A DNA stretch of 64,000 nt from Squalus acanthias. Lineage: Eukaryota. Each line of letters begins with the position of its first letter. Within the stretch, counting starts at the first letter, position 1. A program made the position numbers and the translations under genes. The notes under the pieces were generated by a model, which was not told the DNA's origin, made no database searches, and saw only the letters and a list, made by a program, of their open reading frames with translations. Where the stretch lies: the NCBI GenBank assembly GCA_030390025.1, contig CM059431.1, positions 97,342,001 to 97,406,000 of the forward strand, written 5' to 3'. This document shows positions 45,885 through 58,530 of the stretch, piece after piece.

Positions 45885-48305
45885 TTTCCTGGATGGTTTC
45901 CTAAACCAATATGTTGAGGAACCAACTCGAGGGGAGGCCATCCTGGACTGGGTGTTGTGTAATGAGGAAGGACTAATCAGCAATCTTGTGGTACGAGGCC
46001 CCCTGGGGAAGAGTGACCATAGTATGGTGGAGTTCTACATTAGGATGGAGAAGGAAACAGTTAAGTCAGAGACCATGGTCCAGAACTTAAATAAGGGCAA
46101 CTTTGAGGGTATGAGGCGTGAATTGGCGAGGTTAAATTGGCAAGCGATATTTAAGGGGCTATCAGTGGAAGGGCAATGGCAGACATTTAGAGATCGCATG
46201 GATGAACTACAACAATTGTACATCCCGGTCTGGCGTAAAAATAAAAAAGGGAAGGTGGCTCAACCATGGCTAACAAGGGAAATCAGGGATAGTATTAAAA
46301 CCAAGGAAGTTGCATACAAATTGGCCAGAAGTAGCAGCAAACCCGGGGACTGGGAGAACTTCAAAACTCAGCAGAGGAGGACGAAGGATTTGATTAGGGC
46401 AGGGAAAATAAAATATGAAAGGAAGCTTGCAGAGAACATTAAAATGGACTGCAAAAGCTTCTATAAATATGTAAAAAGAAAAAGGTTAGTAAAAACAAAT
46501 GTAGGTCCCCTGCAGTCAGAAACAGGGGAAGTCGTAATGGGGAACAAGGAAATGGCAGATCAATTGAACAAGTACTTTGGTTCGGTGTTAACTGTGGAGG
46601 ACACACACAACCTGCCGGAAATAAAAGGGGTCAGAGGATCTGGTAAGAGGGAGGAGCTGAGGGAAATCCTTATTAGTCGGGAAAAGGTATTGGGGAAATT
46701 GATGGGACTGAAGGCTGAAAAATCCCCGGGGCCTGATGGTCTGCATCCCAGAGTACTTAAGGAGGTGGCCTTGGAAATAGTGGATGCATTGACGATCATT
46801 TTCCAACATTCCTTAGACTCTGGATCAGTTCCGATGGAGTGGAGGGTGGCCAATGTAACCCCTCTTTCTAAAAAAGGAGGGAGGGAGAAAGCAGGGAATT
46901 ATAGACCGGTCAGCCTGACATCAGTCGTGGGTAAAATGATGGAAGCAATTATTAAAGATGTCATAACAGACCATTTGGAAAGTGGCGACATGATAGGTCC
47001 AAGTCAGCATGGATTTGTGAAAGGGAAATCATGCTTGACAAATCTTCTGGAATTTTTTGAGGATGTTTCCAATAGGGTGGACAGGGGGGAACCAGTAGAT
47101 GTGGTGTATTTGGACTTTCAGAAGGCCTTCGACAAGGTCCCACACAAGAGATTGGTGAGCAAAGTTAAAGCACATGGGATTGGGGGTAATGTGTTGACGT
47201 GGATTGAGAACTGGTTGGCACACAGGAAACAAAGAGTAGGAGTAAATGGGTACTTTTCAGAATGGCAGGCAGTGACCAGCGGGGTACCGCAGGGTTCGGT
47301 GCTGGGACCCCAGCTGTTTACATTATATATTAATGATTTGGACGAAGGGATTAAATGTAATATCTCCAAATTTGCGGATGACACTAAATTGGGAGGCAGT
47401 TTGAACAATGAGGAGGATGCTAGGAGGCTACAGAGTGACTTGGACAGGTTGGGTGAATGGGCAAATGTATGGCAGATGAAGTACAATGTGGATAAATATG
47501 AGGTTATCCACTTTGGTGGTAAAAATAGAGAGGCGGACTATTACCTGAATGGTGGCAGATTAGGGAAAGGGGAGGTGCAACGAGACCTGGGCGTCATGGT
47601 ACATCAGTCACTGAAGGTGGGAATGCAAGTGCAGCAGGCAGTCAAGAAAGCAAATGGAATGATGGCCTTCATAGTAAGGGGATTTGAGTACAGGAGTAGG
47701 GAGGTGATGCTGCAGTTGTACAGGGCATTGGTGAGGCCACACCTGGAGTATTGTGCGCAGTTTTGGTCTCCTAACTTAAGGAAGGACATTCTTGCTATTG
47801 AGGGAGTGCAACGAAGGTTCACTAGATTGATTCCTGGGATGGCCGGACTGACATATCAAGAACGATTGGGTCAACTGAACTTGTATCCTCTGGAGTTCAG
47901 AAGAATGAGGGGGGATCTTATAGAGACATTTAAAATCCTGACTGGTTTAGACAAATTAGATGCGGGCAGAATGTTCCCAAAGTTAGGGAAAACTAGAACC
48001 AGGGGTCACAGTCTAAGGATTAAGGGGAAGCCATTTAAGACTGAGCTGAGGAGGAACTTCTTCACCCAGAGAGTGGTGAATCTATGAAATTCTCTTCCAC
48101 AGACGGTTGTTGAGGCCAGTTCGCTAAATATATTCAAAAGGGAGTTAGATATAACACTCACTACTAGGGGGATCAAGGGGTATGGCGAGAAAGCAGGAAT
48201 GGGGTACTGAGGTAGCATGTTCAGCCATGAACGCATTGAATGGCGGTGCAGGCTCAAAGGACCGAATGGTCTACTCCTGTACCTATTTTCTATGTTTCTA
48301 TGTTT
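45885..48305 (+). mobile_element. CR1 LINE, 5'-truncated (HER1-like)
   Basis: 751-aa ORF2 fragment with RT motifs (GVPQGSVLGP, FADD); premature TGA at 48085-48087 where the sister copy has TGG; 3' UTR and (tttctatg)n tail. Confidence 0.95.
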
Positions 48306-48443
48306 CATGACAAGCTAATAGAAAGAAACACAAAAACACAGTCATTAACATAACTGGTTCTCATAACCTGGAGATAATGTTCAAAAGTTTGACCACGAAC
48401 CTTAGCCTTTAATAAAAAAATGACCAACATTTTGTCACACCTC

Positions 48444-50263
48444 CTACTTTTTGCCCTTCGAGGGTGATCTCCTTCCCTTGCGCTCTTTCCCCCTTCCCAC
48501 CCTACTGCTCCTCCGTAATGGGACCTCAGTGGCTGCAGCAAGGCTGGTGGAAGGCTGCTGATTGTCAGAACCTGAGACTGCAGATGCCCTTGAAGGACGG
48601 CCTCGACCAGCTCTGGGCCTGGAGGGCCCGGCTGCAGACTGCACCAACTCTGCATGGGCGGCAGCAGTCTGTCCTACAGGCAGTGGCAAGTGCAGTGGAG
48701 AAGTGACAGTGGTGGCAGCAGGAAGGCTGTCATCTTGAGAGAGGACAGCAACTCCCTGCTCGAACGACACACTGGCACTCCCACGGAGCAGCACTTCAGC
48801 ATCCGGAGCAATCTGCTGGAGCACAGATTGCTGGCCTGCTGCGGCGCGATGAGAGCCCCGGGGAAATGTGTACGAACCATCGAGGTTGGCAGCAGTCAGT
48901 GCTCGCGTGGCCTCAATCTGAGTCTGCATGACAGCAGTCAGAGATGGGTTCATGGCAGCCAGTGACTGAATTGCAGCACTAAGCTTTAGTGTGGCATCCG
49001 CCTGTGCTACAGCGAAGTGCTCCACACTCCTTGCCAGTGATTCAATGCATTCGGGCACCCTTCCCACTGCACCCATGAGCTCAGTGTGCATGTCCACCGC
49101 CTGGGTGTTCATTTCAGCGATGAGCCGCTCCTCCTCTGCGTCCAGTGCAGTAGGAGTCGCTGGCATACTCTCCCTCCGGGTAGAAGGCCCCCGTTCTTCC
49201 CTACCCCCATGGCGTTGCTGCAGCCCGCTGGGTCCTGGAGCTTCACCCTCATCAGACCCTTCCCCCCTGCTCCCCTCCAGGGAAGGCGTGTTCCCAGTGT
49301 GGGCATGGGCTTCCTCGGGAGAGGGTGGCACTGATGCTCCGCCTTCATCTTCCTCCTCGGCTGCAGCTTCACTCCCACTGGCAGCTTGAGGTCCCATCTC
49401 TTCAGCTGGTGAATCACCATCTGAAAGCAGGGAGGTACAAGAGTGGCTTTAGCGTGAGGACAGGGTGGCAGTAAGGGAGGAATAAGTGCAGCGATTTAGT
49501 AAGTTGGATTGAAAGTGTCAAAGACTGGTGTTGTGAGGGACAAGTGGAAGGACAGAGGACAAAAAGGTGATGACCTTACCATTGCTGTCCAGAACGGGGT
49601 CGGCGTCTCCAGTGGCGATGGGACCGATCACCCGGCTTGCCACAATCCTCTGGACGCGCGCCTCAAGATCGCTGAGGGGTTGCAGCTGAGGCCGCCCTCC
49701 ACCCGTCTGTTGCTGCTGTCTCCTATTTTGAGATAGCTTGGCCTGCAAGAAAAAGGACGGCGTCTGAGTAAATATACAGCCATGGTCTTGCCTGATATGC
49801 CTCCCATAGGTGAATAGCCCTTACTGTATGCAGCCATGGTCTTGCCTGATGTGCCTCCCATAGGTGAATGGCCCTTACTGTATGCAACGTGTGGAATGTG
49901 CGTGTGTGTTTCATGAGAGGGCCATAGGTGTTGGATGAGTGTTGTGCATTGGGGTTTTAAGACCCTCTGGCCATAGAGTGAGGTTGAGATGGAGGGATGG
50001 AGAGGTATTGAAAAAAAGCCACTCACCCTGACGATCCGAGTGAGGTCGTTGAACTTTTTTCGACATTGTATATGGGTCCTGGGCACCATGCTCCTGGAGG
50101 AGACGCTCTGAGCCACCTCCCTCCACACTCTTCTGTACTTGCGCGGCAAAGGCCTCCTGCCACTCTCAGGGAAGAGTATAGATCTTCTGCGCTCCACCGC
50201 GCCAACCAGAGCATCCAAGGCCCGCTCGCTGAAGCACTGAGCTCGTTTTCTCACCCTCTCCAT
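48444..50263 (-). CDS. Harbinger Myb/SANT-like DNA-binding protein, 3 exons (50263-50027, 49742-49580, 49420-48444), 458 aa
   Basis: FSERALDALV..W.EVAQSVS..RTHIQCRKKFNDL domain, then TGGGRP motif; GT-AG introns with consistent phases give an uninterrupted frame. Confidence 0.85.
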
Positions 50264-50838
50264 AGTCCTTGGCTGGAAGATTTAGGCACAGGTCTCTCCA
50301 GGCCGAGATTCAAGGCTCCAATGAGCAGGGTGTGGCTGGAGTGCAAGATCGACCCTCCCCTTTAAGAACTGTCTGGCGCCAGTGTGTCTGTGTTCCATCG
50401 CTAACTGACAGCACCTGCGCTGCGCCCGCGCTCTGAGTTAGCGCCTCGCTCCTCGGCCTTTGCGCCTTAAGACAGGTGTGTAGCACCTGATTTAGCGCTC
50501 CAATCACCTCCGGGGCGGTAAAAGTCAAGTTTGCAGTCGGTGGCGATAATAAGCGCCAGGCGCTAATCTTTGCACCCGGCCGATAATTGCGACCCAAATG
50601 GGGCGATACCGAATTTCTCCCCCACAATCTGTTAGGAAGGCATTACATCAAAGACACTTCAGAGTACAGCTAAGACAATGAGGTGGGTCACAGGGGGTCC
50701 AACGTGTCAAATGTTGCCGTCTGCAGTTGAGCTTTTAACTTTTTTTTTGTTTTTTTTTTCCTTGATTGTTTTTATTTGGTTCGTTTTTTTTGGTGTTTTT
50801 TTCCAAATAAAACTGGAAAGACAGACAACGATGTCGGG

Positions 50839-51895
50839 TCACGTTCTGTAGCATGACATGAAACCGAGATCCCTATTGAGGCCGTCCTCATGGGTGCGGA
50901 ACTTGGTTATCAGTTTCTGCTCGATGATTTTGCGTTGTCGATTATCTCGAAGGCCGCCTTGGAGAACGCTTACCCGCAGATCCGAGGCTGAATGTCCTTG
51001 ACTGCTGAAGTGTTCCCCGACTGGGAGGTAACAATCCTGCCTGGCGATTGTTGCGCGGTGTCCATTCATACGTTGTCTCAGTGTCTGCATGGTCTCGCCG
51101 ATGTACCATGCTCCGGGGCATCCTTTCCTGCAACGTATAAGGTAGACAACGTTGGCCGAGTCACATGAGTATGTACCATGTACCTGGTGGGTAGTGTCCT
51201 CACGTGTGATGATGGTATCTGTGTTGATGATCTGGCATGTCTTGCAGAGGTTGCCGTGGCAGGGTTGTGTGGTGTCGTTGTCACTGTTCTCCTGACAGCT
51301 GGGTAATTTGCTGCGAACGATGATACTTTTGAGGTTAGGCGGCTGCTTGAAGGCGAGTAGTGGAAGCGTGGGGATGGCCTTAGCAAGGTGTTCGTCGTCA
51401 TCGATGACATGTTGAAGGCTGCGAAGAACATGGCGTAGTTTCTCCGCTCCGGGGAAGTACTGGACGACATAGGGTACTCTGTTGGTTGTGTCCCATGTTC
51501 GCCTTCTGAGGAGGTCTATGCGGTTTTTCACTGTGGCCCGTCGGAACTGCCGATCGATGAGTCGAGCGTCATATTCCGTTCTTACGAGGGCGTCTTTCAG
51601 CGTCCGTAGGTGTCCATCGCGTTCCTCCTCGTCTGAGCAGATCCTGTGTATTCGCAGGGCTTGTCCATAGGGGATGGCTTCTTTAACGTGGTTAGGGTGG
51701 AAGCTGGAGAAGTGGAGCATCGTGAGGTTGTCCGTGGGCTTGCGGTAGAGTGAAGTGCTGAGATGTCCGTCTTTGATGCAGATTCGTGTGTCCAAGAATG
51801 AAACCGATTCTGAGGAGTAGTCCATGGTGAGTTTGATGGTGGGATGGAACCTATTGATGTTATCGTGTAGTCCTTTCAGTGATCCTTCGCCATGT
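50839..51895 (-). pseudogene. Penelope-like RT C-terminus plus GIY-YIG endonuclease (5'-truncated)
   Basis: SFLDT, LYRKPTD, HPNHVK, NVVYLIRCRKGCPGAWYIGET, RMNGHR, GLNRD. Confidence 0.92.
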
Positions 51896-52126
51896 TTAAG
51901 GTGTTTAAGGTGTTGTCTCTCTATATTTAAGGAGCTGTCTCTCTATATTTAAGGAGCTGTCTCTCTATATTTAAGGAGCTGTCTCTATATTTAAGGAGCT
52001 GTCTCTCTATATTTAAGGAGCTGTCTCTCTATATTTAAGGAGCTGTCTCTCTATATTTAGGGAGCTGTCTCTCTATATTTAAGGTGCTGTCTCTCTATAT
52101 TTAAGGTGCTGTCTCTCTGTATTTAT
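51896..52126. repeat. 22-bp satellite block (mostly ggagctg variant)
   Basis: Tandem atatttaaggagctgtctctct. Confidence 0.95.
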
Positions 52127-52175
52127 GTGAGAAGTTGCACAACACCAGGTTATAGTCCAACAGCTTTATTTGAAA

Positions 52176-52212
52176 TCACAAGCTTTCGGAGCGCTGCTCC
52201 TTCGTCAGGTGA
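52176..52212 (-). ncRNA. Minimal type I hammerhead ribozyme motif
   Basis: UCAC-CUGACGA-A-GGAGC-AGC-GCUCC-GAA-AGCU-U-GUGA. Confidence 0.78.
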
Positions 52213-52321
52213 AGTGAAGAGATGCATATAGGCAAAGCATATATAGTCAGAGCACACTGCCATGTGATTACAGTTAATCTTTCTAACTGCCCTTTATCAG
52301 ACCTCAGCAGAGAGATAATCT

Positions 52322-54670
52322 TGGCAATGAGGAAGGACTAATCAGCAATCTTGTGGTGCGAGGCCCCCTGGGGAAGAGTGACCATAGTATGGTGGAGTTC
52401 TACATTAGGATGGAGAAGGAAACAGTTAATTCAGAGACCATGGTCCAGAACTTAAATAAAGGCAACTTTGAGGGTATGAGGCGTGAATTGGCGAGGTTAG
52501 ATTGGCAAGCGATATTTAAGGGGTTTTCAGTGGAAGGGCAATGGCAGACATTTAGAGATCGCATGGATAAACTACAGCAATTGTACATCCCTGTCTGGCG
52601 TAAAAATAAAAAAGGGAAGGTGGCTCAACTATGGCTAACAAGGGAAATCAGGGATATTATTAAAAGCAAGGAAGTGGCATACAAATTGGTCAGAAGTAGC
52701 AGCAAACCCGGGGACTGGGAGAACTTTAATACTCAGCAGAGGAGGACGAAGGGTTTGATTAGGGCAGGGAAAATGAAATATGAAAGGAAGCTTGCGGAGA
52801 ACATTAAAACGGACTGCAAAAGCTTCTATAAATATATAAAAAGAAAGAGGTTAGTAAAAACAAACGTAGGTCCCCTGCAGTCAGAAACAGGGGAAGTCAT
52901 AATGGGGAACAAAGAAATGGCAGATCAATTGAACAAGTACTTTGGTTCGGTGTTTACTGTGGATGACACAAACAACCTTCCGGAAATAAAAGAGATCAAA
53001 GGATCTGGTAAGAGGGAGGAGCTGAGGGAAATCCAGTTGGGAAAAGGTGTTGGGGAAATTGATGGGACTGAAGGCTGATAAATCCCCAGGGCCTGATGGT
53101 CTGCATCCCAGAGTACTTAAGGAGGTGGCCTTGGAAATAGTGGATGCATTGACGATCATTTTCCAACATTCCTTAGACTCTGGATCAGTTCCGAAGGAGT
53201 GGAGGGTGGCTAATGTAACCCCTCTTTTTAAAAAAGGAGGGAGGGAGAAAGCAGGGAATTATAGACCGGTCAGCCTGACATCGGTGATGGGTAAAATGAT
53301 GGAAGCAATTATTAAAGATGTCATAACAGACCATTTGGAAAGTGGTGACATGATAGGTCCAAGTCAGCATGGATTTGTGAAAGGGAAATCATGCTTGACA
53401 AATCTTCTGGAATTTTTTGAGAATGTTTCCAATAGGGTGGACGGGGGGGGGGAACCAGTAGATGTGGTGTATTTGGACTTTCAGAAGGCCTTCGACAAGG
53501 TCCCACACCAGATATTGGTGTGCAAAGTTAAAGCACATGGGATTGGGGGTAATGTGTTGACGTGGATTGAGAACTGGTTGGCACACAGGAAACAAAGAGT
53601 AGGAGTAAATGGGTACTTTTCAGAATGGCAGGCAGTGACCAGCGGGGTACCGCAGGGTTCGGTGCTGGGGCCCCAGCTGTTTACATTATATATTAATGAT
53701 TTGGACGAAGGGATTAATTGTAATATCTCCAAATTTGCGGATGACACTAAATTGGGAGGCAGTGTGAACAATGAGGAGGATGCTAGGAGGCTACAGAGTG
53801 ACTTGGACAGGTTGGGTGAATGGGCAAATGTATGGCAGATGAAGTACAATGTGGATAAATGTGAGGTTATCCACTTTGGTGGTAAAAATAGGGAGGCAGA
53901 CTATTACCTGAATGGTGGCAGATTAGGGAAAGGGGAGGTGCAATGAGACCTGGGCGTCATGGTACATCAGTCACTGAAGGTGGGAAGGCAAGTGCAGCAG
54001 GCAGTCAAGAAAGCAAATGGCATGATGGCCTTCATAGCAAGGGGATTTGAGTACAGGAGTAGGGAGGTGATGCTACAGTTGTACAGGGCCTTGGTGAGGC
54101 CACACCTGGAGTATTGTGTGCAGTTTTGGTCTCCTAACTTGAGGAAGGACATTCTTGCTATTGAGGGAGTGCAACGAAGGTTCACTAGATTGATTCCTGG
54201 GATGGCCAGACTGACATATCAAGAAAGACTGGATCAACTGAACTTGTATCCTCTGGAGTTCAGAAGAATGAGTGGGTATCTTATAGAGACGTTTAAAATC
54301 CTGACTGGTTTAGACAAATTAGATGCGGGCAGAGTGTTTCCAATGTTAGGGAAAACTAAAACCAGGGGTCACAGTCTAAGGATAAAGGGGAAGCCATTTA
54401 AGACTGAGATGAGGAGGAACTTCTTCACCCAGAGAGTGGTGAATCTGTGGAATTCTCTACCACAGAAGGTTGTTGAGGCCAGTTCGCTAAATATATTCAA
54501 AAGGGAGTTAGATATAATACTCACAACTAGGGGGATCAAGGGGTATGGCGAGAAAGCAGGAATGGGGTACTGAGGTAGCATGTTCAGCCATGAACGCATT
54601 GAATGGCGGTGCAGGCTCGAAGGACCGAATGGTCTACTCCTGCACCTAATTTCTATGTTTCTGTGTTTCT
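52322..54670 (+). mobile_element. CR1 LINE, 5'-truncated; same family as 45885-48305
   Basis: ORF2 pieces 52353-53078, 53047-53946, 53959-54573; frameshift near 53035, CGA>TGA at 53944; tttctatg tail; probable short TSD (t)aatc. Confidence 0.95.
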
Positions 54671-56865
54671 AATCACAGGTGTGGATGGTGTCCAAACAGG
54701 TCAGTCAGGAAAACATTACATCAAAGACAATGAGGTGGGGTCACAAGGGGTCAAATATGGCAGATGCTGGGGTCGGTATGGAAAACAAAATCTTTTTTTG
54801 CTGGAAATCACAGCAGGTCCGGCCGCATCTGTGTAGAGAGAACAAGCCAACGACGACTCGAGTCTGGATGACTCTACGACAGGTGGGGTTACATGTAGCG
54901 TGACATGAACCCAAGATCCCGGTTGAGGCCGTCCTCATGGGTGCGGAACTTGGCTATCAGTTTCTGCTCGACGATTTTGCGTTGTCGTGTGTCTCGAAGG
55001 CCGCCTTGGAGAACGCTTACCCACAGATCGGAGGCTGAATGTCCTTGACTGCTGAAGTGTTCCCCAACTGGGAGGGAACACTCCTGCCTGGCGATTGTTG
55101 CGCGGTGTCCGTTCATATGTTGTCACAGTGTCTGCATGGTCTCGCCGATGTACCATGCTCCGGGGCATCCTTTCCTGCAACATATGAGGTTGACAACGTT
55201 GGCCAAGTCACATGAGTATGTTCCATGTACCTGGTGGGTAGTGTCCTCATGTGTGATGATGGTATCTGTGTTGATGATCTGGCATGTCTTGCAGAGGTTG
55301 CCGTGGCAGGGTTGTGTGGTGTCGTGGTCGCTGTTCTCCTGAAAGCTGGGTAATTTGCTGCAAACGATGGTCTGTTTGAGCTTAGGCGGCTGCTTGAAGG
55401 CGAGTAGTGGAGGCGTGGGGATGGCCTTAGCGAGGTGTTCGTCATCATCGATGACATGTTGAAGGCTGCGAAGAACATGGCATAATTTCTCCGCTCCGGG
55501 GAAGTACTGGACGACGTAGGGTACTCTGTTGGTTGTCTCCCGTTTTTGTCTTCTGAGGAGGTCTATGCGATTTTTCGCTGTGGCCCATCGGAACTGTTGA
55601 TCGACGAGTCGAGCGTCATATCCCGTTCTTACGAGGGCGTCTTTCAGCGTCCATAGGTGTCCATCGCATTCCTCCTCGTCTGAGCAGATCCTGTGTATTC
55701 GCAGGGCTTGTCCATAGGGGATGGCTTCTTTAACGTGGTTAGGGTGGAAGCTGGAGAAGTGGAGCATCGTGATGTTGTCCGTGGGCTTGCGGTAGAGTGA
55801 AGTGCTGAGGTGTCCGTCTTTGATGGAGATTCGTGTGTCCAAGAATGAAACCGATTCTGAGGAGTAGTCCATGGTGAGTTTGATGGTGGGATGGAACTTG
55901 TTGATGTTATCGTGTAGTCTTTTCAGTGATTCTTCGCCGTGGGTCCATAGGAAGAAAATGTCGTCGATGTATCTGGTGTATAGTGTTGGTTGGAGGTCCT
56001 GTGCAGCGAAGAAGTCTTGCTCGAACTTGTGCATGAATATGTTGGCGTATTGGGGTGCGAATTTGGTCCCCATGGCTGTTCCGTGTGTTTCGGTAAAAAA
56101 CTGGTTGTCGAAGGTGAAGACATTGTGGTCAAGGATGAAGCAGATGAGTTGTAGGATGACGTCTGGAGATAGGCTGTTGTTGGTGTTGAGTACTGAGGCT
56201 GTCGCAGCGATGCCGTCATCGTGGGGGATACTGGTGTAGAGTGCCAAGACATCCATCGTGGCGAGGAGTGTTCCTGGTTCAACTGGTCCGTGGGTGCTGA
56301 GTTTCTGTAAGAAGTCTGTAGTGTCGCGACAGAAGCTGGGGGTTCCCTGTACGATGGGTTTCAGGATGTCCTCGACATATCCAGAGAGGTTCTCACACAG
56401 GATCCGTTGAATGATACAATAGGACGTCTGGGTGTGTTGGCTTTGTGTATCTTTGGGAGGCAGTAGAAGTCTCCCACGCGGGGAGTAGGTGGGATGAGAG
56501 CACGTAGGATGCTTTGAAGGTTTGGATCGAAGGTCTTGATCAGTCTATTGAGTTGGCGGGTGTGTTCTTTGGTCGGATCTGCGGGTAACTGTCTGTAGTG
56601 TTCCTGGTTGTCCAGTTGTCGGTATGCTTCTTTGCAATAGTCCATTCTGTTCTGTATGACGATGGCTCCTCCTTTGTCCGCTGGTTTGATGACAATGTTG
56701 CGGTTGGTCTTGAGAGCGTGGATGGCATTGCGTTGTGCACGGGTGACATTCTGGACTGTCTTGTGAGTGCGGCTGATGAATCTGGCGTTGATGCATCTCC
56801 TGACAGCTTGAGCATACATGTTAAGCTTAGGGCAACGACACTCCGGTGGGGTCCGATTTGACTCT

Positions 56866-57110
56866 CTATTTAAATGGCTGTCTCGCTATATTTAAGGTGC
56901 TGTCTCTCTATATTTAAGGTGCTGTCTCTCTATATTTAAGGTGCCGTCTCTCTATATTTAAGGTGCCGTCTCTCTATATTTAAGGTGCCGTCTCTCTATA
57001 TTTAAGGTGCCGTCTCTCTATATTTAAGGTGCCGTCTCTCTATATTTAAGGTGCCGTCTCTCTATATTTAAGGTGCCGTCTCTCTATATTTAAGGTGCCG
57101 TCTCTCTATA
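56866..57110. repeat. 22-bp satellite block (mostly ggtgccg variant)
   Basis: Tandem atatttaaggtgccgtctctct. Confidence 0.95.
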
Positions 57111-58492
57111 GCCCCCTGTTTGTCCAGTGTTGGGATATTCTTAGTGTCCTCTACTGTAAAGACTGATACAAAATATTCATTCAGTGTATTTGCCATCTCC
57201 ATATTTCCCACCATTAATTTCCCGGTCTCATCCTCTAAGGGACCAACATTTACTTTAGCCACCCTTTTTCTTTTTATATAACGATAAAAACACTTACTAT
57301 CTGTTTTTATATTTTTTGCTAATTTACTTTCATAATCTATCTTCCCTTTCTTAATCAATCTTTTTGTTATTTTTTGCTGTCTTTTAAAGTTATCCCAATC
57401 CTCTACCCTCCCACTAGATTTGGCTATCTTAAAGGCCCTTGTTTTTAGTCAAATACTATCCTTAATTTCTTTACTTAGTCACGGATGACTGTCTTTTCTT
57501 TTACACCCTTTTCTTCTCAGTGGAATATATATTTTTTGGAAGTTGTAAAATAACTCCTTAAATGTACAACACTGATCATGTATCGTCTTACCCTTTAATC
57601 TATTTTCCCAATCCACTCTACTCAATTTCGCTCGCATACCTTCATAGTCTCCTTTATTCAAGCTTAGCACGCTTGTTTGAGATCCAACCTTCTCACCCTC
57701 TAATTGAATATGGAATTCAACCATGTTATGGTCACTCATTCCAAGGGGATCCTTTACTAGGACATTTTTAATTAATCCTGTCTCGTTACACAGGACCAGT
57801 TCTAAGGTTGCTTGCCCCCTGGTCGGTTCAGTTACATACTGCTCAAGAAACCCATCCCTAATACACTCAATGAACTCATCCTCAAGGCAGCACTGCCCAA
57901 TTTGATTTGTCCAATTAATATGATAGTTAAAATCCCCCATAATTATAGATGTTCCCTTATTACAAGCCTCAACTATTTCCTGATTGATACTCCGTCCAAC
58001 AGAGTTGCAACTGTTCGGAGGCCTATAGACTACGCCCACTAGTGTTTTTTTCCCCTTATTATTCCTTATCTCCACCCAAACAGTTTCATTATCCTGATCT
58101 TTTGACCCAATATCATTTCTCTGTATTACAGTGATTCCTTCCTTTATTAACATAGCCACCCCACCTCCCCTTCCTTCCTGCCTGTCCTTCCTGATCGTTA
58201 AATAACCTGGTATGTTTAATTCCCAGGTATTGTCACCCTGCAGCCATGTTTCTGTAATGGCCACAAGATCATACCCATATGTAGTTATTTGTGCCATTAA
58301 CTCGTCTATTTTGTTACGAATGCTACGTGCATTCAGATAGAGAACTTTCAAATATGTTTTGTGAAACTTAGTTCCTGCTTTTGCTCTTTTTATTACTTTA
58401 CCTTTTACTCCATACCTTCTGCCCCTTCCTGACACACTCTGGTTTTTAATTTCCCCACTGCTACCTAAGTCTATGACCTTCTCTGTTGTCAT
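57111..58492 (-). pseudogene. CR1 ORF2 N-terminal part (APE endonuclease)
   Basis: YLNARSIRNK, AITETWL, GGGVA, YRPPN, MGDFN, SDHN motifs. Confidence 0.92.
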
Positions 58493-58530
58493 TTTTATTA
58501 TTTGCTCTCTAGGAACCTCCCCCCCACTAG

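Larger units (their letters stand above)
44071..50623 (+). mobile_element. PIF/Harbinger DNA transposon (transposase plus Myb/SANT gene) carrying a CR1 insertion
   Basis: TIRs GGGGGAAAAATTC / GAATTTCTCCCCC, TSD ACA (44068-44070, 50624-50626); two convergent genes. Confidence 0.95.
43023..51895 (-). mobile_element. Penelope-like element, 5'-truncated, with 3' UTR split by two Harbinger insertions
   Basis: Segments 43023-43056, 43950-44070 and 50624-51895 rejoin across the TSDs; RT C-terminus plus GIY-YIG ORF at 50839-51825. Confidence 0.85.
52127..56865 (-). mobile_element. Penelope-like element, 5'-truncated, with 3' UTR interrupted by a CR1
   Basis: ORF pieces 56361-56819 (IKPADKGG), 55123-56256 (DVLALYTSIP, GTAMG, RYIDD, YIGET) and 54889-55116; UTR rejoins as agagataatc-acaggtgtg across the CR1; terminal repeat at 52127-52215. 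Confidence 0.92.
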
